This document shows, one piece after another, positions 57,301 through 64,000 of a stretch of DNA of 64,000 nucleotides; positions within the stretch are counted from its first letter, which is position 1; each line of letters opens with the position of its first letter. The position numbers and the translations under genes are program-made. The notes below the pieces were generated by a model. The model worked only from the letters and a program-made list of their open reading frames with translations. It made no database searches and was not told where the DNA came from. Source of the stretch: an uncultured Chloroflexia bacterium (GTDB lineage: Bacteria > Chloroflexota > Limnocylindria > Limnocylindrales > CSP1-4). Location: assembly GCA_963766735.1 (NCBI GenBank), contig CAVYBU010000017.1:128001-192000 (forward strand). The letters are read 5' to 3'.

Positions 57301-58195
57301 CGGCGCCGCTCCCGGCTCGGCCACACGCCGTCGTCGCCCGCCCCCGGCCCGGATCTCTCCCGAGGCGCTGGCCGCGGCTCGCGGCGACGGAAGCGCGCGC
57401 GAGGGCCTGGACTGGCTGGGTCGCGAGCCCGAGGCCAGGGCGTCGCTCCTGTACCGCGCGCTCCGCCTCTTGGCCCGCTTCATCCTGTTCGTCCTCTTCC
57501 GCTTCCGCGTGAGCACGTCCGGCCAGGAGCTGCTCCCGCGCGGCGGGTACCTGCTGATCGGGGCCGCCCACCGCGGCTGGATGGATCCGTTCGTGGTCAT
57601 CCACGCGCTGCCGGTGCAGCCGCGGGCCTGGTTCCTGGGCAGCGGGCCGTCCACCTTCACCGCCCGCTGGCGGGAGAGGCTGATCCACCGACTCGGCGGG
57701 CTACTGCCGGTCTGGCGCGGTGGCGTGGGCGTGGACAAGCACGTCGCCTCGGCCCGCGCCGTTCTCGCCAATCGCGCCGTATTCGTGCAGATGCCCGAGG
57801 GAACCGTGAGCGGGCCGCCCGGCCGCATCGGGCCGTTCCGCAACGGGGCCGCACTCATCGCGCTGCGGACCGGCGCGCCGGTCGTGCCGCTGGCCATCGC
57901 CGGCACGGAGGAGCTCTACCTCGGCCGCCGGATGGCGACCCGGGTCCTGCCGCCGACCAGCGCGCGAGAGATCCTCGGTGAGGACTGGGACGGCACGCTG
58001 CCCGAGGAGGGATCCCGAGAGGAGCTCGATCTCGCCCGCCGGGTCTCGGCGGCGTTCGAGGCCATGCTGGGCCCCGCTGTCGAGGAGCTCCAGCCGGGGA
58101 CGGTCGACGCCCCAGACCATCCGCGGCGGCTCCGCCGACGGCTCACGTGGCTGTTCCTGCGGCCCGGCCGCCTGGATCGGAACGAAGAGGACTGA
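57284..58195 (+). CDS. Lysophospholipid acyltransferase (PlsC family); start uncertain (57132 ATG or 57284 CTG)
   Basis: HRGWMD (HX4D), MPEGT, GAALIA...PVVPLAI motifs. Confidence 0.8.
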   Translation: MPEPADGAAPGSATRRRRPPPARISPEALAAARGDGSAREGLDWLGREPEARASLLYRALRLLARFILFVLFRFRVSTSGQELLPRGGYLLIGAAHRGWMDPFVVIHALPVQPRAWFLGSGPSTFTARWRERLIHRLGGLLPVWRGGVGVDKHVASARAVLANRAVFVQMPEGTVSGPPGRIGPFRNGAALIALRTGAPVVPLAIAGTEELYLGRRMATRVLPPTSAREILGEDWDGTLPEEGSREELDLARRVSAAFEAMLGPAVEELQPGTVDAPDHPRRLRRRLTWLFLRPGRLDRNEED

Positions 58196-58229
58196 TCCCT
58201 GCCCCCGCCCCGAGCCCGATCCGCCCGGC

Positions 58230-58415
58230 ATGCAGGGGCTGCCGGCGGGACTCGCGGGGAGGGCGTCACCCCGGGCGGGCGTCGCGTACCGGCTGCTGCG
58301 GATCGCGTGGCGGATCGCCGCCCCGGCACTCAGGTTCCGGGTGATCGTGCCCGGCCTGGAGCATCTGCCGCGGCCGCCGGCGCGGCGGCCAACCGGCGTC
58401 CACCGGACCCCTTGA
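58230..58415 (+). pseudogene. N-terminal fragment of a second PlsC-like acyltransferase
   Basis: LAGRASPRAGVAYRLLRIAWRIAAPALRFRVIVPGLEHLPR parallels LGREPEARASLLYRALRLLARFILFVLFRFRVSTSGQELLPR, but stops before HX4D. Confidence 0.6.
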
Positions 58416-58581
58416 GGGATCGACCTCCTGCCGGGTGGTGCCCGACCCGGTACAATGACCCGAAACCGAATCGCAACCTTTGACTGTGGAAGCCGACTCC
58501 CGGGCTCAGCCCGTGGCACGCGCGGCCGGTCACGTCCCCACCGCGGACTGCAATGTCCGCCGCGCAGTCGAGGAGCCGATC

Positions 58582-61163
<2,582 letters not shown>

Positions 61164-61168
61164 CACCC

Positions 61169-61230
61169 TTCCGCTGCCGCACGAAGTGGTGCAGGCGGGC
61201 AACGCCCCCTGCGCTTCGCGGCGGGTGGAA
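61169..61230 (+). terminator. Long imperfect hairpin immediately after mdh
   Basis: TTCC..GCCG..CGAAG..GCAGG.GGGC-AAC-GCCC.CCTGC.CTTCG.CGGC..GGAA nested pairing. Confidence 0.45.
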
Positions 61231-61390
61231 ACAACAGGGGCTGACAGCGCCTTGAAGGGGGCGCTACTCTGACGCGACGTCGCAGGACCCTGCAGTCCCG
61301 CGACCGCTTCGTTACTCCCGGGTTGGTGTTGGCGTCCGTCCCACGGGCGCGCCCGGGACGGAGGAGACCAGGCATCGCCTGAGGAGGACC

Positions 61391-64000
61391 ATGAACCGAA
61401 GGGTGTTGGCACTGCTGGGAAGCGGGCTGCTGTTGGCGGCGATGCTTCCGGGTCCCGTAGCGGCGAAGGCGCCGGCGGCCGGTCAATTCACGCAGGACGG
61501 CAACTACATCGTCCAGATGGCCGACCCGCCGGTCGTCGCGTACGAAGGCGGCGTGAAGGGCCTCAAGGCCACGGCCCCGAAGGCGGGCCAGAAGATCGAC
61601 CCCAACTCGGGCAAGGTAGTCGCCTACGCCGACTACCTCAAGGGCAAGCACGCCGCGGCGCTGAAGGCGACGGGCGGCAAGAAGCTCTATGACTACGTCT
61701 ACAGCTTCAGCGGCTTCGCGGCCACGATGACGGCGGAGCAGGCGAACAAGGTGGCCCGTCTCGATGGCGTGGTCGCGGTCAGCCTCGATGAGAAGCTCAC
61801 GCTGGATACGTCGTCGACCCCCGCGTTCCTGGGCCTCAATGCCCCCGGCGGGCTCTGGGACCAGCTCGGCGGCGTCGGCAGCGCCGGCGAGGACGTGATC
61901 ATCGGCATCGTCGACGGTGGTATCTGGCCCGAGAGCCTGAGCTTCTCCGACCGAACCGGTACGAATGGCAACGCGACGAAGGATGGCAAGCTGTCCTACC
62001 AGCAGATCCCGGGCTGGCACGGGAAGTGCGTCCCGGGTGAAGCGTTCAACGCCTCGATGTGCAACCAGAAGATCATCGGTGCCCAGTACTTCAACGCCGG
62101 GTGGGGCGGCAACGCGGGCATCGACGAGCAGCTCCCCTGGGAGTACAACTCGCCGCGTGACTTCGGCGGCCACGGCACCCACACCGCCAGCACTGCCGGC
62201 GGGAACGCCAACACGCCGACCACCGGTCCGGCGGCCGTCTTCGGCGCCATCAGCGGTATCGCGCCGAGGGCCCGGATCGCGGCCTACAAGGTCTGCTGGG
62301 AGACCGGCGCGGGCGGCAGCTGTTTCAGCACCGACAGCGTCGCCGCCATCGACCAGGCCGTCGCCGACGGCGTGGACGTCATGAACTTCTCCATCAGCGG
62401 CAGCACGACGAATGTCCGCGACGCGGTCGAGATCGCGTTCATGTACGCGGCCGACGCGGGCATCTTCGTTGCGGCGTCCGCCGGCAACAGCGGCCCCACC
62501 ACGAGCACAGTGGCTCACCCCGGCCCGTGGCTCACCACGGTGGCCGCCGGCACACACAACCGTGACGGCGCAGGGTCCGTGACCCTCGGCAACGGCGCGA
62601 CCTACAACGGCGCGTCGGTCGCGACGGCCGTGGGCCCCGCCCCGCTCGTCAACTCCGTGGACGTTGGCCTCCCCGGCGCCGACCCCACGGCGTTGGCGCT
62701 GTGCTACAGCTCGGCCGATGGCGACAACGGGCTCGACCCGGCCAAGGTGACCGGCAAGATCGTTGTCTGTGACCGCGGCGTCACCGCCCGCGTGAACAAG
62801 AGCCTGGCCGTCATGGAGGCCGGCGGCATCGGGATGGTCCTGACCAATACCAGCGCCAGCTCCATCAACGCCGACTTCCACTTCGTCCCGACCGTCCACC
62901 TCCAGAACACCGACCGCGCCGCTGTCATGGCCTACGCCGCGACCGCCGGTGCGACGGCCACGATCAACCAGGCGACCATCGTCGACAACGCGCCGGCCCC
63001 GTTCACGGCGTCATTCTCGTCGCGTGGCCCGCTCCGCGCGGCTGCCGGCGACCTGCTCAAGCCGGACCTCATCGCGCCCGGCCAGGACATCCTGGCCGCC
63101 GTCGCGCCGCCAGGCAACAGCGGCCGTGACTTCGACCTCTACAGCGGCACCTCGATGTCCAGCCCGCACGTGGCCGGCCTCGCGGCGCTGCTCAAGGACC
63201 TCCACCCGACGTGGTCGCCGATGGCGATCAAGTCCGCGCTGATGACGACGGGCTACGACGTCCTCGACGGCGGAACCCCGCCTGCCGCAGCAACAACCCG
63301 ATCCTGATCTTCCGCCAGGGCGCAGGCCACGTGCAGCCGAACTCGGCTGCGGACCCGGGTCTCGTCTACAACTCGTCCTGGAATGACTGGCTCGCGTTCA
63401 TCTGCGCGACCCAGCCGCAGGGTCTCGATTCCCTGTGCGGCAGCCTCTGGGCCGCCGGCTACTCCAAGAACGCCACCGACCTGAACACCGCCTCCATCGC
63501 GATCGGTGACCTGGCGGGCGTGGAGACGATCACCCGCAAGGTGACCAACGTCGGTAGCGCCGCAGCCACCTACACCGCGTCGGTCACCGGCATGGCCGGC
63601 GTCAGCGTCGAGATCAGCCCGTCGTCGCTTACCCTGGCCAAGGGTGCTACCGGCACCTTCACGGCCACGTTCACCCGGACGACCGCCACGCTCAATGCCT
63701 ATACCGGCGGCCAGCTCAGCTGGACCGACGGCACGCACAACGTGCGCATCCCGATGGTCGTCCGCCCGGTCGCCCTCGCCGCTCCGGCGCAGGTCTCGGG
63801 CAGCTACTCGGTCACGTTCGGCTACACCGGTGACTTCACCGCGACCGCTCGTGGCCTGGTTCCCGCGGCAGTCACGCCTGGGACCGTCTCCGACGATCCC
63901 ACCGACAGCACGTGCTCGCTCTCGACCCCCAACGCCCAGCTGATCCCGGTCGCCATTCCGGCAGGGACCACGTATGCGCGGTTCTCCCTGTTCGATGCCG
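61391..64000 (+). CDS. Secreted S8 subtilisin-like protease (I9 propeptide, PA domain), apparent frameshift near 63290, runs off window end
   Basis: Signal peptide, IVDGG (Asp), HGTHTAST (His), SGTSMSSPHVAG (Ser); continues in another frame as NPILIFRQGAGHVQPNSAADPGLVY...DLNTASI. Confidence 0.9.

Noticed and set aside
61231-61390. Riboswitch upstream of the S8 protease
   Set aside because: Only short hairpins; I recognise no aptamer consensus.

Overview
A 64-kb, very GC-rich bacterial chromosome segment. It is gene-dense, with no rRNA, tRNA, CRISPR array, integrase or transposase visible. Gene content is compatible with a monoderm soil or freshwater lineage such as Chloroflexota or Actinomycetota, but taxonomy cannot be fixed from the sequence alone. 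The first ~24 kb looks like a hypoxia/anaerobic-survival island: a heme-GAF DosS-like kinase and DosR-like regulator, a universal stress protein, a Tat-exported two-domain multicopper oxidase, an acyl-CoA transferase, a COG2403 (arginine synthetase-like) ATPase, a group 3b [NiFe]-hydrogenase operon with fused beta-gamma subunits and a cNMP-binding protein, a four-subunit 2-oxoacid:ferredoxin oxidoreductase, a YbaK/eRF1-like pair and an ArsR-DsrE-TusA-DsrE-TusA-SQR sulfur-handling operon. DosR-box-like palindromes lie upstream of several of these units. The rest holds MarR-RND efflux, a YcaQ-like glycosylase, a PAPS-synthesis plus sulfotransferase cluster, sufBD-Rieske, a penicillin-acylase-family run, a ferritin-like/VIT1 fusion, lgt/plsC, pckA, mdh and a secreted S8 protease. 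Many genes appear to be leaderless (TAnnnT 6-8 nt before the start codon). Five apparent single-base indels (sqr, AI-2E transporter, Eis-like GNAT, lgt/plsC junction, S8 protease) most likely reflect assembly error. All product calls come from motif recognition, not database searches.
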